Positions 20,256 to 30,140 of a stretch of 64,000 nt of DNA are shown here, one piece after another. A model generated the notes under the pieces. The model did no database searches. It worked only from the letters and a program-made list of their open reading frames with translations, and was not told where the DNA came from. A program made the position numbers and the translations under genes. Every line of letters begins with the position of its first letter. The stretch's first letter is position 1. Source of the DNA: Spirochaetia bacterium. Its GTDB lineage: Bacteria; Spirochaetota; Spirochaetia; UBA9216. The stretch lies in NCBI GenBank assembly GCA_963677925.2, contig CAXXYH010000003.1, positions 864,001 to 928,000 on the forward strand, read 5' to 3'.

Positions 20256-20735
20256 TTATTTCGTAAATTTCAGGATAATATCTGCTAAATCCGGATACAT
20301 CGATGAAAGACTATTCTGTTCACCGTGATCGTATTGTTCATTCGAATAGGGAGGCGCCATTGTAGTACCGAAAAGCGCCCATTTCCCTTCAGCAGCCAGG
20401 CGGGTCGACTGCCATACACCTGCAGGACTGAGAAGCTGGGGAACTTCGCCTTCATTGAAATTCTGCCCGATTCTGAATATTTTATAACTTCCATCCGGGA
20501 ATATCTGCAGCTGTCTTGCAGGATCTCCGGCATAAAAATGCCACATCTCATCCGAGCTGAGCCTGTGAAAGGCCGACCAGGAATCGGGCGTAATGAGGTA
20601 ATATATTGCTGAAGAGTTCTGTGTAAGGTAGGTACTTCTGAAATACCCGCCTTCAACAGGCAGAGGTTCAAGCCCGAGGCTATCTATTACAGCATTTAAG
20701 CTTAGTTTGCTGTTCGCTGAATCAGACATATCCAA
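20256..20735 (-). CDS. Cupin_5 (DUF985) protein
   Basis: EGGYFR, SAIYYL, FHRLSSDEMWHFYAG, GVWQS. Confidence 0.85.
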   Translation of the reverse strand: MDMSDSANSKLSLNAVIDSLGLEPLPVEGGYFRSTYLTQNSSAIYYLITPDSWSAFHRLSSDEMWHFYAGDPARQLQIFPDGSYKIFRIGQNFNEGEVPQLLSPAGVWQSTRLAAEGKWALFGTTMAPPYSNEQYDHGEQNSLSSMYPDLADIILKFTK

Positions 20736-20847
20736 AGATTATCATATTAACTTCTATCTGTCAGACATTAAAATCCTAACACAGTTCTAACATATCAATA
20801 ATTGACTTTTACACTCAGATAAAGCTATGTTTGATGTGGAGTAAATT

Positions 20848-21288
20848 ATGAAGAAAAGCATTCTTTTTCTATGTACAGGAAATTCATGCAGAAGCCAGAT
20901 GGCCGAAGGCTGGTGCAGAGCCCTTAAGGGAGATCTTTTTGAAGTCTATTCTGCAGGCATAGAAACACACGGATTAAACCCCAATGCAGTAAAGGTGATG
21001 GGTGAAGCAGGAATCGACATATCAGGCCACCAAAGCAAGAATGTTAATGATATGATACAAGCCGGTCAGAGTTTCGACTATGTTGTAACAGTCTGCGGAC
21101 ATGCAGCCGAGACCTGCCCATACTTTCCCGGAAAAACAACCCGTGTTCATGCAGGCTTTGACGATCCGCCTGCCCTGGCTAAAACTGCCAAAACCGAAGA
21201 AGAAGCCCTCTCACATTACCGAAGGGTAAGAGATGAAATAAAGGCCTGGATCGAACAGCTTCCAGGCAGCCTTCCTGCAGCTGAATAA
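20848..21288 (+). CDS. arsC: Arsenate reductase (LMW-PTP/thioredoxin-coupled type)
   Basis: [33 protein letters not shown]. Confidence 0.88.
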   Translation: MKKSILFLCTGNSCRSQMAEGWCRALKGDLFEVYSAGIETHGLNPNAVKVMGEAGIDISGHQSKNVNDMIQAGQSFDYVVTVCGHAAETCPYFPGKTTRVHAGFDDPPALAKTAKTEEEALSHYRRVRDEIKAWIEQLPGSLPAAE

Positions 21289-21290
21289 TA

Positions 21291-21599
21291 TCAGCAGCAG
21301 GAAGATTTTCCGCCTTCACCGCTGCAGGAGGGACCGCAGTCGCAGGAGGGGTCTCCGCCTTTAATCATGCTGTTAAATACAGCTTCGGCACAGCCTACTC
21401 CCTTATCGACCGAAAGAGCCTTGAACGAACAGTTGAGGACACAGGCACCGCATTCCATACAGGAATCTGAATCATCAATCCGGACCTTTCTTTCATCCTC
21501 TGCAAAAACCGCATGTGGACAGACCTCTATGCACATAAAACATCCGGTGCACTTCTGCAAATCGATTTTGATAGTTGCTGTATTCCTTAGATATTTCAT
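21291..21599 (-). CDS. hgcB: Mercury methylation ferredoxin HgcB
   Basis: MKYL start, two CxxCxxCxxxC motifs including CMECGAC, GVGCA, Cys-rich tail ending CC; overlaps hgcA. Confidence 0.93.
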   Translation of the reverse strand: MKYLRNTATIKIDLQKCTGCFMCIEVCPHAVFAEDERKVRIDDSDSCMECGACVLNCSFKALSVDKGVGCAEAVFNSMIKGGDPSCDCGPSCSGEGGKSSCC

Positions 21600-22591
21600 A
21601 AAACCCCCGCTTTCTGCAGCAGTATCGGAATAATGCCCATAACCAGGGATAAACCGCCAAGAGAAATCTGAACAGGAACCGCAATTTTCATTTCCTTTTT
21701 AACGCCTGACAATGATGTATACGTTGATGAACCTGTAAACCACATACCGATAAAGGATGAACCGGCAGCCGTCAGTATAATATTCTGCATGATCGCAGGA
21801 ACGCTCAGCTTTGAAGGAAAAAAACCGAAAACTACCAGAGAAAGGATAAATCCGGATACCGCCCCTTTTACAGAAAAAGCTCTTCCGGGCAGGACAGGCA
21901 GCAGCAGTGGAGTAAGGACGGCACCTGAGATTACAGTTACAAGAGCCGGTATGATAACTGCCGAAGGATTAATACCTGTAACCCCCTTGGCCGCAGCTTC
22001 TCGAATAAGCACAATTACTGCTGCTGCAAGAAATATCTTCCAGCTCTGTATCAGCTGCAGCGGTACCAGTTCAGCCCGTTCCGATAAGGTGAACTTTTTA
22101 AGACGCATATTCGGGTCAGCCTTTAAACCATTATCAAGGTATTCCGGAAGATCCGCTGCGGCTACAGGCCCGAAGAAAACCCGAAAGCCGGTTGCACGCT
22201 GAACAGCAACAGCCTTCACCCCCGGAGCACCGAGCTGTGGCACTACAAGTTTTTTATGTTTCACAAAATCTTTCAAGCCGGTTATCTGAACCCTTTGTAT
22301 TAACTCTTCGGTTCCGAAGGTCCCTTTCCCTGCAGCACACCAGACATTGACTCCCATCGTATCAAGAACAAGAATCCATGCTGCCCTCTCTTTTAATTTT
22401 TTCCTAAGAATATCAAGGGTAACTTTAAGATTGGCGGTTACCAGTACAGGCGAAGTCTCATCCGGTTTATTAAGAGCATACAGCCCGGGCTTAACCTTAA
22501 GTTTCATTCGTCCGATGCCTATACGGTATTTGATTCTATCGATGATATCTCCCGCAGTTATTTCACTGCTGATTTTAATTATTTCAGGCAT
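21596..22591 (-). CDS. hgcA: Mercury methylation corrinoid protein HgcA
   Basis: PGLY, VLVTAN, cap helix GVNVWCAAGKGTF, PQLGAPG, C-terminal TM helices ending FTGSSTYTSLSGVKKEM. Confidence 0.95.
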   Translation of the reverse strand: MPEIIKISSEITAGDIIDRIKYRIGIGRMKLKVKPGLYALNKPDETSPVLVTANLKVTLDILRKKLKERAAWILVLDTMGVNVWCAAGKGTFGTEELIQRVQITGLKDFVKHKKLVVPQLGAPGVKAVAVQRATGFRVFFGPVAAADLPEYLDNGLKADPNMRLKKFTLSERAELVPLQLIQSWKIFLAAAVIVLIREAAAKGVTGINPSAVIIPALVTVISGAVLTPLLLPVLPGRAFSVKGAVSGFILSLVVFGFFPSKLSVPAIMQNIILTAAGSSFIGMWFTGSSTYTSLSGVKKEMKIAVPVQISLGGLSLVMGIIPILLQKAGVL

Positions 22592-23043
22592 TTACAGCTC
22601 CTGCTGATTTCAGCAGACTCAAAGGCATCACAAAGCGTAGTGACGGCTTTTATAACAGTATTTAATTTATCCGGTGCTATCTTCTCAAGTACCGGCATGT
22701 AAAATTCGTCGCATTGACTGTTCAGCCCATGAAGGAAGGCTCTGCCCTCATCACTTAGAGAAACCGTACTTGTTCTCCTGTCATGGAGGGATTCATTTCT
22801 TAGAAGCCAGTTTTTCTTTACAAGCGCATCAACAGTTCTTGAAACCACCGATTTATCAACTCCAAGATAATCAACAATATCCGAAATTGTAATGTCACCT
22901 GCCTCTTCAACCCTCAGAAGAATGTGACATTCGTTGAAGGTTACCCCGCAGCAGACTGAATTGCTTTTCAGATTCACCGCGAGAAAACGTTCGAGTCGTC
23001 TCAAATCGTGCCTGAAAGCTCTTATATCATAATTTGTTTCCAT
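22579..23043 (-). CDS. Cys-rich MarR-family regulator
   Basis: wHTH (VDKSVVSRTVDALV..DRR..LSDEG); CCGVTFNECH and C-terminal CKC; start at METNY. Confidence 0.85.
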   Translation of the reverse strand: METNYDIRAFRHDLRRLERFLAVNLKSNSVCCGVTFNECHILLRVEEAGDITISDIVDYLGVDKSVVSRTVDALVKKNWLLRNESLHDRRTSTVSLSDEGRAFLHGLNSQCDEFYMPVLEKIAPDKLNTVIKAVTTLCDAFESAEISRSCKCLK

Positions 23044-23049
23044 GGATTT

Positions 23050-23081
23050 AATATAACTACTTTTAGTTGCTATTGTCAACT
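23050..23081 (-). promoter_or_regulatory. Sigma70 promoter of marR-hgcAB with overlapping inverted repeat
   Basis: TTGACA(23079-23074)-18-TATATT(23055-23050)-6 nt-ATG; AGTTG-N7-CAACT palindrome at 23065-23081 covers the -35. Confidence 0.65.
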
Positions 23082-23171
23082 GTTGTTTTTAACAACCCTA
23101 AAGCGGCAGACTTGATAATATACAATGATGCTATCTTGACTGTCGTACATTAGATCTGTATCCTCTTATGC

Positions 23172-24446
23172 ATGCTGGACTTACGATTTATCAAAGAAAA
23201 CGCCGACGCGGTAAAGGCGAACGTAAAAAACCGCTTTATGGAAGTGGATGTTGACCGCGTTATTGAATTATATGACCGCCGGAATCAGCTGATCATCGAG
23301 GCGGATGCACTCAGGCAGCAGCGTAATGAGAACGCTAAAAAGATGAAGGGCAAGCTGGAACAGGATGAAAGAACAGCCCTGATTGAGGAAGGGAAAAAGC
23401 TCAAGGAGCAGATTGCCTCCGTAGAAAGCGAACTATCTTCAGTTGAAACTGAACTTAATACTGAAGCGGCCAGGGTTCCCAACATGGCTCATCCCGATGC
23501 ACCGGTTGGAAAGGAAGACAAGGATAACCTTGAAATCAAACGTGTAGGTACTATACCCCAATTCAGCTTTAAGCCGAAGGATCACGTTGAAATCGGTGCC
23601 GATCTCGATCTTATTGATTTTGATACTGCAGCCAAGGTAACCGGTCCTAAATTCTACTACCTTAAAAATGAAGCTGTTATGCTTGAACTTGCACTCAGCA
23701 GATATGCACTCGATATCCTTGTAAAGAAGGGTTTTACCCCTACTATTACGCCGGATATTGCCAAAGAGGAAGTCCTTGAAGGTATCGGATTCAACCCCAG
23801 AGGCGCCGAATCAAATATCTATAATCTTGAAGGTACAGGGACCTGTCTTGTCGGAACTGCTGAAATTACACTGGGCGGATACTATTCCAATGAAATCCTC
23901 GATACTGAAAAGATGCCTATTAAAATGGCGGGGCTTTCCCACTGTTTCAGAAGGGAAGCAGGAGGAGCCGGACAGTATTCAAAGGGTCTGTACAGGGTAC
24001 ACCAGTTTTCCAAGGTTGAGATGTTCATCTTCTGCAAGCCTGAAGAATCGGAACAGTACCACCAGGAACTGCGGGCCATTGAGGAAGAAATATTCAGCAG
24101 CCTTGAGATTCCTTTCAGGGTTGTAGATACATGTACCGGAGATCTCGGAGCACCTGCTTACAGGAAATACGACCTTGAAGCCTGGATGCCCGGCCGCGGT
24201 GAAGACGGAGAATGGGGAGAAGTTACAAGTACTTCAAACTGTACCGACTACCAGGCAAGAAGGCTCGGCATACGCTACAGGGACGGAGACAAAAACAAAC
24301 ATGTTCATATGCTCAACGGAACAGCTATTGCGGTTTCAAGAGCTATTGTAGCCATTCTTGAGAACTTCCAGCAGGAAGACGGTTCAATCAGAATTCCTGA
24401 GAAACTTGTACCTTATACCGGTTTTGATAAGATAAGCAGGAAATAA
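23172..24446 (+). CDS. serS: Serine--tRNA ligase
   Basis: MLDLRFI, GTAE, CFRREAG, GLYRVHQF, SNCTDYQARR, LNGT. Confidence 0.97.
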   Translation: MLDLRFIKENADAVKANVKNRFMEVDVDRVIELYDRRNQLIIEADALRQQRNENAKKMKGKLEQDERTALIEEGKKLKEQIASVESELSSVETELNTEAARVPNMAHPDAPVGKEDKDNLEIKRVGTIPQFSFKPKDHVEIGADLDLIDFDTAAKVTGPKFYYLKNEAVMLELALSRYALDILVKKGFTPTITPDIAKEEVLEGIGFNPRGAESNIYNLEGTGTCLVGTAEITLGGYYSNEILDTEKMPIKMAGLSHCFRREAGGAGQYSKGLYRVHQFSKVEMFIFCKPEESEQYHQELRAIEEEIFSSLEIPFRVVDTCTGDLGAPAYRKYDLEAWMPGRGEDGEWGEVTSTSNCTDYQARRLGIRYRDGDKNKHVHMLNGTAIAVSRAIVAILENFQQEDGSIRIPEKLVPYTGFDKISRK

Positions 24447-25885
24447 TGTACAAATCAGCCCTGTTAACCGACCTTTATGAACTGACAATGATGCAGGGAT
24501 ACTTCCTGCAGGATAGAAATCCGCAGGTCGCCTTCGAGATGTTTTTCAGAAGAAATCCTTTTCAGGGCGGCTATTCGGTTTTTGCCGGACTTGGTAATCT
24601 GGTTGACAGGCTGGCTTCACTTCAATTCTCAAAACACGATATCCAATATCTCAGAACCCTGGGAACCTTCGGCGAGGATTTTCTTCACTTCCTGAAGGAC
24701 TTCAGATTCACAGGTGAACTTTCAGCAGTTGATGAAGGTTCAATAGTATTTCCCAATGAACCGCTTATATCGGTACGGGCAAATCTTATAGAAGCCCAGC
24801 TGATTGAAAGCATGCTTCTCAACACGGTTAATTTCCAGACACTTATCGCAACAAAGAGCTCCAGGATTTACAACGCCAGCGGAGGCGGGAATATTATGGA
24901 GTTCGGACTAAGACGCGCTCAGGGTGTGGATGGTTCATTATCAGCGGCAAGGGCGGCTTTTATAGGCGGAGCAACTGCTACATCAAACACCTTCGCCGGC
25001 AGACAGTACGGAATTCCGGTAACCGGCACCATGGCTCATTCCTGGGTAATGGCCTTCGAATCTGAACTTGAAGCCTTCAGAGCCTACGCTGAACTGTATC
25101 CCAATAAGGTAATTCTGCTGATTGATACCTATGATACTTTGGGAAGCGGTATAGAAAACGCAATCATCGTAGGAAAAGAACTACAGGCACAGGGTAAAAA
25201 CTTCGGAGTCCGTCTGGACAGCGGAGACCTTCAGTACCTTAGTGAACGTGTCCGTGAAAAACTTGATGCCGCCGGACTGAAAGATGCAATAATTGCGGTT
25301 TCAAATGATCTTAATGAACACATTGTTCGTGAACTTGTAACAAACGGAGCCCCCATCAATTCATGGGGTGTCGGCACCCAGCTTGTAACCGGAGGTGAAG
25401 ATTCATCGCTTACCGGTGTATATAAACTTGTTGCCAGAGAACAGCATGGAGAACTTATCCCGACGATCAAGCTTTCAAATAATCCTGAAAAAACGACAAA
25501 CCCCGGAATCAAACAGCTTTACCGGTTTTATGATAAACGAAATGTTCCAATTGCCGACCTGATAAGTCTGCATGAAGAGGATATCTCAGATGACAGAAAA
25601 TACCGTTTTAACCACCCTATGTACCGGTATAAATCGATGACTGTGGCTGATTACGGTTCAATTGTACCAATGCTTAAAAAGCGGCTCGATAACGGCAGGG
25701 TATGCCTGAAAAACCCTGAACTTCCTGAAATCCGGGAAAAAGTGATAAAAGATCTTAAATTTCTGGACAGAACTTTCAAAAGATTAATAAATCCGCACAT
25801 TTATAAGGTATCTTTGTCCGATAATCTAGCTGAGCTTAAGTTCAGGTTAATGGATGAAAAAACAGAAAACAACGGCGGAAACTAA
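24446..25885 (+). CDS. pncB: Nicotinate phosphoribosyltransferase
   Basis: LLTDLYELTM, EFGLRR, GTMAHSW, LIDTY, VRLDSGD, GVYKL. Confidence 0.94.
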   Translation: MYKSALLTDLYELTMMQGYFLQDRNPQVAFEMFFRRNPFQGGYSVFAGLGNLVDRLASLQFSKHDIQYLRTLGTFGEDFLHFLKDFRFTGELSAVDEGSIVFPNEPLISVRANLIEAQLIESMLLNTVNFQTLIATKSSRIYNASGGGNIMEFGLRRAQGVDGSLSAARAAFIGGATATSNTFAGRQYGIPVTGTMAHSWVMAFESELEAFRAYAELYPNKVILLIDTYDTLGSGIENAIIVGKELQAQGKNFGVRLDSGDLQYLSERVREKLDAAGLKDAIIAVSNDLNEHIVRELVTNGAPINSWGVGTQLVTGGEDSSLTGVYKLVAREQHGELIPTIKLSNNPEKTTNPGIKQLYRFYDKRNVPIADLISLHEEDISDDRKYRFNHPMYRYKSMTVADYGSIVPMLKKRLDNGRVCLKNPELPEIREKVIKDLKFLDRTFKRLINPHIYKVSLSDNLAELKFRLMDEKTENNGGN

Positions 25886-26981
25886 ATCAGAAATACCGGC
25901 CGCACTGCCGGATCGTGTCCTCATAATTGCCGAAACAGGATCAGCACATAACGGAGATCTATCAAAGGCTCTGGAGCTGGTAGACGCCGCGGCTGAATCA
26001 GGTGCAGACTGCCTTAAGACACAGATAATATTTGCTGACGAAATTATACACCCGGATACCGGTTATGTACCCCTCCCGGGAGGAAGCACACCGCTTTTTG
26101 ATGTATTCCGAAGCCTCGAACAGGGAAAGGATTTCTTTCTAAAAATGAAAGAACGAGCCGAAGAAAAGGGACTTCTGTTCTGTGCATCACCATTCGGGAC
26201 AAGAAGCCTTGCACTGATGCGTGAAATCGGATGCGGTATTATCAAGATAGCTTCACCCGAGCTTAATCACTTCCCGCTAATCAGGGAAGCCGCTGAAGGT
26301 GATGAACTGATGCTTCTGTCATCTGGAGTTTCAACTCTCGGAGATATTGAAAAGGCTCTGCTTATCAGCGGAATTGACAGGACAATACTTCTTCACTGCA
26401 TAACATCCTATCCTGCACCTGAGATTGAATACAATGTTAAGCTCATAAGAAATCTCCATGCAGTACTTGGAGTTCCTGTGGGGATCTCGGATCACAGTAC
26501 CAATCCTTTAATAGTACCATCCATAGCAACATATTACGGTGCCGTTGCAATCGAAAAGCACTTCACTCTGTCAAAGGAGGGAAAGGGACTTGATGATCCT
26601 ATTGCCCTTGTGCCTGAAACATTCCGGCAGATGACTGATGCGGTAAGGGAAGTTGAAAATCTCATGCCGAAACCGGAAGACGCGTATACTTCTCTATGTG
26701 AGAAGTTCGGAAAGGATCTGGTTGAAGAAGTCAGCGGTGACGGAGTTAAACATCTTGCTCCCTCTGAAGAAGCCAACTATACAACAACAAACCGCTCTAT
26801 TCACGCGGCAAGAAAGCTGAAACGCGGTGAGGTTCTCGGACCTGATAATATGATTATTCTAAGAACGGAAAAAGTCCTCAGGCCCGGACTCGGACCTGAA
26901 TATTACGATATGCTTATCGGAAAGAAGGTTAAAAGAGGTGTCGGCAACGGTCAGGGCATCATCTGGGATGACTTATTCTGA
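25854..26981 (+). CDS. N-acetylneuraminate synthase family (NeuB/SpsE) with SAF domain
   Basis: IIAETGSAHNG, KIASPE, LLHCITSYP, GISDH, IEKHFT, C-terminal SAF (RPGLG). Confidence 0.88.
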   Translation: MKKQKTTAETKSEIPAALPDRVLIIAETGSAHNGDLSKALELVDAAAESGADCLKTQIIFADEIIHPDTGYVPLPGGSTPLFDVFRSLEQGKDFFLKMKERAEEKGLLFCASPFGTRSLALMREIGCGIIKIASPELNHFPLIREAAEGDELMLLSSGVSTLGDIEKALLISGIDRTILLHCITSYPAPEIEYNVKLIRNLHAVLGVPVGISDHSTNPLIVPSIATYYGAVAIEKHFTLSKEGKGLDDPIALVPETFRQMTDAVREVENLMPKPEDAYTSLCEKFGKDLVEEVSGDGVKHLAPSEEANYTTTNRSIHAARKLKRGEVLGPDNMIILRTEKVLRPGLGPEYYDMLIGKKVKRGVGNGQGIIWDDLF

Positions 26982-27009
26982 CCGCCGTTCAACTTTCTGA
27001 ATAGTCCAC

Positions 27010-28782
27010 TCAGTCCTTATATTCTACCTTGACAATAGAGTCTTTGATTCCTTTTTCAAGTTCGTCAACTGCAGATTTACATTTTGTAATGATATCTGAC
27101 AGGGGAACTATCTCGGCTTCTCCGCCCTGTCTGTATTTAAACTCCAGCCCGCCTTTTTCAAGAGCTCTGCGGCCTACGGTGATTCTAAGCGGAATTCCGA
27201 TAAGATCAGCATCATTGAACTTGCTGCCGGGACTTTCCTGCCTGTCATCGAACAGAACTTCAATTCCAGCTGCTTTCAGATCTTCATAAAGTTTTTCTGC
27301 AACATCCTGAGCTTCAGTACCCTTTCTGTCATGAAGCAGGACTACATGAACCTGGAAGGGGGCAATACTTACCGGCCAGATGATTCCGTGATCATCATGA
27401 TGCTGCTCAACCACACAGCTCAGCAGCCGCCCTACTCCGATTCCGTAGGAACCCATGATTATCGGCTGAAGTTCTCCGTTCTGGTCCTGGTAGAGACATC
27501 CCATTGATTCGGAATATCTTGTTCCGAGTTTAAAGATATTACCAACCTCCACAGCTTTCTCGGCTTTGAGGACTGCACCGCATTCGATACACTTATGCCC
27601 CTTATCCGCGGCGGCTATATCAGTAACAATATCAGCCTTGTAATCGCGCCCGCAGTTAACATTAAGAAGATGAAAACCTTCCTCATTGGCGCCTGCTACT
27701 AGGTTTGGAGACTCTGCGACCAGATCATCAACGACAACCAAAGCATCCTTAACGCCGATCGGAGAGCCGTAGCCGGGCACTGAACCTCTCTGCTTGATTT
27801 CATCCTCATGGGCAGGCCGGAGATCCTTAGCCTGTACGGCATTGGCAAGCTTTGTTTCGTTGAGTTCCATGTCACCGCGGAGAACCGCCAGAACGAACTG
27901 TTCCTTTTCCTCATTGTCTTCCATCACAGTCGCAACCATGAACACAGCCTTTGCGGTCTTTGATTCGGGGATCTTCAGAAACTCAGCGAGATCCGCAATA
28001 GTCTTACAGTCCGGAGTTTCAACCTTTTCTGTTTCAGCCAAAGCTTCCTGTTCAGATTTATCCTTGGAAAATTCGGCAACCTGGCGGTTGGAATTGTATC
28101 CGCAGCTGTCACAGTAAATTATTGTATCCTCACCAATCGGAGTAAGATACATAAACTCGTGGGCAATCTTTCCGCCCATCATTCCCGTATCAGATTTAAC
28201 CGCGATAGCATCAAGCCCGCATCGGTGGAAGATGTCAAAATATGCCTGGTAGTGGGCTCTGTACTGCTTATCTAGACCTTCCCAGCTGGTATCCATACTG
28301 TAGGAGTCCTTCATTTTGAACTCACGCACACGAATAAGCCCGGCACGGGGTCTGGGGTCATCCCGCCATTTAGTCTGGATATGGTAAACCAGCGACGGCA
28401 TTTCCTTGTATGAACGTATGTATTTTTTTGCAAGGTCGCAGAGCGCTTCCTCGTGAGTCATCGCAAGCACCATATCGTGATCTTTTCTGTCCTTAAGGCG
28501 GGTCATCTCTGAGCCGATCTGATACCAGCGTCCTGAATCCTTCCACATATCTGCAGGAAGAACAACAGGCATGGTTATCTCCTGACCGCCGATCTTAGCC
28601 ATTTCATCATGCATTATTCTTTCGATTTTATTGAGAACCCTCCGTGCGAGAGGCAGATATGAGAACAGTCCGGCGGCAACCTGATGGATGTAGCCTCCGC
28701 GGATTAAATACTGATGAGAAACCGCCTGAGCATCCGATGGCGCTTCCTTGAGTGTATGTCCGAATATCTGTGAGAATCGCAT
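27010..28782 (-). CDS. proS: Proline--tRNA ligase (bacterial type with INS domain)
   Basis: SHQYLIRGGY, THEE, PRPRAGLIRVREFKMKDSYS, GANEEG, EVGNIFKLG, MGSYGIG. Confidence 0.97.
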   Translation of the reverse strand: MRFSQIFGHTLKEAPSDAQAVSHQYLIRGGYIHQVAAGLFSYLPLARRVLNKIERIMHDEMAKIGGQEITMPVVLPADMWKDSGRWYQIGSEMTRLKDRKDHDMVLAMTHEEALCDLAKKYIRSYKEMPSLVYHIQTKWRDDPRPRAGLIRVREFKMKDSYSMDTSWEGLDKQYRAHYQAYFDIFHRCGLDAIAVKSDTGMMGGKIAHEFMYLTPIGEDTIIYCDSCGYNSNRQVAEFSKDKSEQEALAETEKVETPDCKTIADLAEFLKIPESKTAKAVFMVATVMEDNEEKEQFVLAVLRGDMELNETKLANAVQAKDLRPAHEDEIKQRGSVPGYGSPIGVKDALVVVDDLVAESPNLVAGANEEGFHLLNVNCGRDYKADIVTDIAAADKGHKCIECGAVLKAEKAVEVGNIFKLGTRYSESMGCLYQDQNGELQPIIMGSYGIGVGRLLSCVVEQHHDDHGIIWPVSIAPFQVHVVLLHDRKGTEAQDVAEKLYEDLKAAGIEVLFDDRQESPGSKFNDADLIGIPLRITVGRRALEKGGLEFKYRQGGEAEIVPLSDIITKCKSAVDELEKGIKDSIVKVEYKD

Positions 28783-29021
28783 TTAAAGTCTCCTTATGAA
28801 TCCGTAAGCCGTATTAAAGCTTAGATGTAAATCATTATTTTGAGGGAATATTCGCATATTTTCTGAATTAATTCAACTTGATGGAAATACCTTGTGTAAA
28901 TCCAAAATCCGGCAATCAAAGATATTTGCGTATCTATAAAATTTTAATCGATATTTTTTATTGATTAAGCATACTATTTATATTACAGTCTTACATAAAT
29001 TATACTTACTTGGAGAAACAC

Positions 29022-29510
29022 ATGAAGAAAAATCTAATGAAACTCATCATTGGTCTTCTGGCAGTGTCTGTGCTGACACTAAGCGGATGTAACCTGGCAA
29101 GCCAGATTATGGCGGAATCATGGGAAAGTGCTAAATTGTACGAAGCTTATGCTGCAGGAACAACTGTAGTTTCCGTTGATTATGAACTGACTTTTGATGA
29201 CGAGGAAAGTTACACAGCTGAAATGACCGGAACCTGGGGATCTACAACAGTATTCTCTACCCGTACAGGAAGTTACACACTCGATGGCAGCACTATCACA
29301 TTAACCGGCGTAGACCAGACTGATAATCTTGAGCAGACAAGTCTGTCTGAAATTCAGATTAATGCAGCATGGCTGTCACTTGCTCTTTTCCCGTCTGAAG
29401 GAAATACAGCAGAATTTACAGTTGAGAAGGGCAAGTATCTGGTTGTTTACGATGCGATAACCTTTACTGATGCTGACGGGAATGAGACAGTTTTCACAGC
29501 AGCAGACTGA
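29022..29510 (+). CDS. Small lipoprotein
   Basis: MKK, hydrophobic stretch and LSGC lipobox; GGAG RBS. Confidence 0.7.
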   Translation: MKKNLMKLIIGLLAVSVLTLSGCNLASQIMAESWESAKLYEAYAAGTTVVSVDYELTFDDEESYTAEMTGTWGSTTVFSTRTGSYTLDGSTITLTGVDQTDNLEQTSLSEIQINAAWLSLALFPSEGNTAEFTVEKGKYLVVYDAITFTDADGNETVFTAAD

Positions 29511-29535
29511 GTGATACTGAGATAGATTACATTAT

Positions 29536-29567
29536 AGCTGCTTCCGAATTTTCGGAGCAGCTTTTTT
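29536..29567 (+). terminator. Intrinsic terminator between convergent genes
   Basis: AGCTGCTTCCGAA-TTT-TCGGAGCAGCT followed by a T run. Confidence 0.7.
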
Positions 29568-30123
29568 ATTCCCTTGATTGCAGCTCATTCCGCAGAGCCT
29601 TCATCCTTGCCCGAAACACTGTATTTTTATAATCAGAAAGATTTGAGCCCAGCACCTCATCAAACAGAAGAACAGCTCTTTTCAGCGGCATGGCATTACG
29701 CCTGATGCCTATCAGAAAGTCGGAAGCTCTATGTTCATCACGTAGTATGAATTGAAGGAGTCCAAGGGCAATTGAAGCGGAACGTGATATTCCCCTCCAG
29801 CAGTGCAGTGTAAAGCCTGATGCAGATTCATTTTCGTTTTTCACAAAGTTCAGAACCTGCTCAATATCATCACGTTCGATCATCCTTTTATTATTGAAAG
29901 AAGCAAGGTTTTCAATATCATTTTCATCCCAGAATTCAAGATGAAGAATCGAACTGAAAGCTGATTCAATTTCAGGCGGTGTACTGCAGCGCGGGTCTCC
30001 GGGACATGTGCATTCAGGGTTATTGATCGATATACAGTGGGAATACACAGGTCTCCCCTTTCTCAGATGCTCAACAAGTTCTTCCTGTCCGAATATCTGG
30101 ATTTTTATAGCATCAGCGGTCAT
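29566..30123 (-). CDS. Predicted protein-tyrosine/dual-specificity (CX5R) phosphatase
   Basis: CISINNP, LHLEFWD, HCWRGISRS P-loop; start taken at MTADA. Confidence 0.85.
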   Translation of the reverse strand: MTADAIKIQIFGQEELVEHLRKGRPVYSHCISINNPECTCPGDPRCSTPPEIESAFSSILHLEFWDENDIENLASFNNKRMIERDDIEQVLNFVKNENESASGFTLHCWRGISRSASIALGLLQFILRDEHRASDFLIGIRRNAMPLKRAVLLFDEVLGSNLSDYKNTVFRARMKALRNELQSRE

Positions 30124-30140
30124 ACATAGCCTTATGATAT

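Noticed and set aside
22592-22650. Possible selenocysteine-containing N-terminal extension of HgcA
   Set aside because: An in-frame TAA immediately precedes the ATG at 22591, an AGGAG RBS is present, and the upstream DNA is marR coding sequence
28783-29010. T-box riboswitch upstream of proS
   Set aside because: No GGTGGNACC T-box sequence or terminator/antiterminator seen; the spacer is AT-rich promoter-like DNA
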